Part shown: positions 63,761 to 64,000 of the stretch, piece after piece | Numbering within the stretch: position 1 is the stretch's first letter | Layout: every line of letters starts with the position of its first letter | DNA from: Lepidodermella squamata | Lineage: Eukaryota > Animalia > Gastrotricha | Assembly: GCA_047495785.1 (NCBI GenBank) | Contig: JBLDXI010000021.1 | Coordinates: 434,001-498,000, forward strand | Direction of reading: 5' to 3' | DNA: 64,000 bases | The notes under the pieces: model-generated | The model's database searches: none | The model's input: only the letters and a program-made list of their open reading frames with translations | What the model was told of the DNA's origin: nothing | Translations under genes and position numbers: made by a program

Positions 63761-64000
63761 ATGTTGGGCTACTTCGTTTTACTGTCAATATTCTTCGATT
63801 TTTGTAACGCAGTAGAATGCTACATGTAAGGGTTATTAAATTTCCGAGAATAAAAATCTAATTTGCAAACTTGTCCTTCAGGTGTAGGAACTGCGAACAG
63901 GTTTACGGCGATCCTTATAGTGCACCGATTGTCAAGTGCCCATGGTCAAGCGGAGGAAGTTATTGCGCCAAAGCTACCATTTACTACCCAGCCGAAAAAA
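63761..64000 (+). CDS. Third Ly6/uPAR gene, truncated by the window end
   Basis: Signal MLGYFVLLSIFFDFCNA, then VECYM|CRNCEQ...KCPW...YCAK across a GT-AG intron. In-frame upstream ATGs exist at 63719 and 63737. Confidence 0.75.

Noticed and set aside
1-64000. Prokaryotic systems (CRISPR, defence islands), rRNA and tRNA genes
   Set aside because: The sequence is spliceosomal-intron-rich eukaryotic DNA. No repeat-spacer array or recognisable structural RNA gene was seen by eye; tRNAscan/Infernal were not run.

Overview
This is eukaryotic (invertebrate metazoan-like) genomic DNA with many short (~50 nt) GT-AG introns, so the ORF track fragments most genes; I reassembled them by hand from splice sites. 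(1) 954-18223 holds six co-oriented housekeeping genes (YJU2/CCDC94, LONP1, TAF11, RPUSD4, RANBP1, SKIV2L) separated by only ~90-190 nt, which resembles an SL-trans-spliced operon. Two long SKIV2L introns carry piggyBac and LINE debris and an antisense SAM-like remnant. (2) 18.3-24.8 kb is degenerate accessory sequence with a clean hAT-type MITE. (3) 24867-47646 is a tandem family of four paralogous Cys-rich genes built from repeated NtA/NTR/TIMP-like modules: three type-I membrane proteins with about 8, 7 and 10 modules, plus one secreted 2-module form. An intronless DPPF-type methyltransferase gene and an inactive-trypsin/sushi/ankyrin chimera interrupt the cluster. (4) The rest contains alpha-actinin, an uncharacterised single-pass membrane protein, LINE debris and three tandem Ly6/three-finger genes, the last cut by the window end. 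The most novel candidates are the modular NtA-like receptor/decoy cluster, the pseudoprotease-sushi-ankyrin fusion, the HGT-like methyltransferase and the operon. All domain assignments come from motif recognition only; no searches were run.
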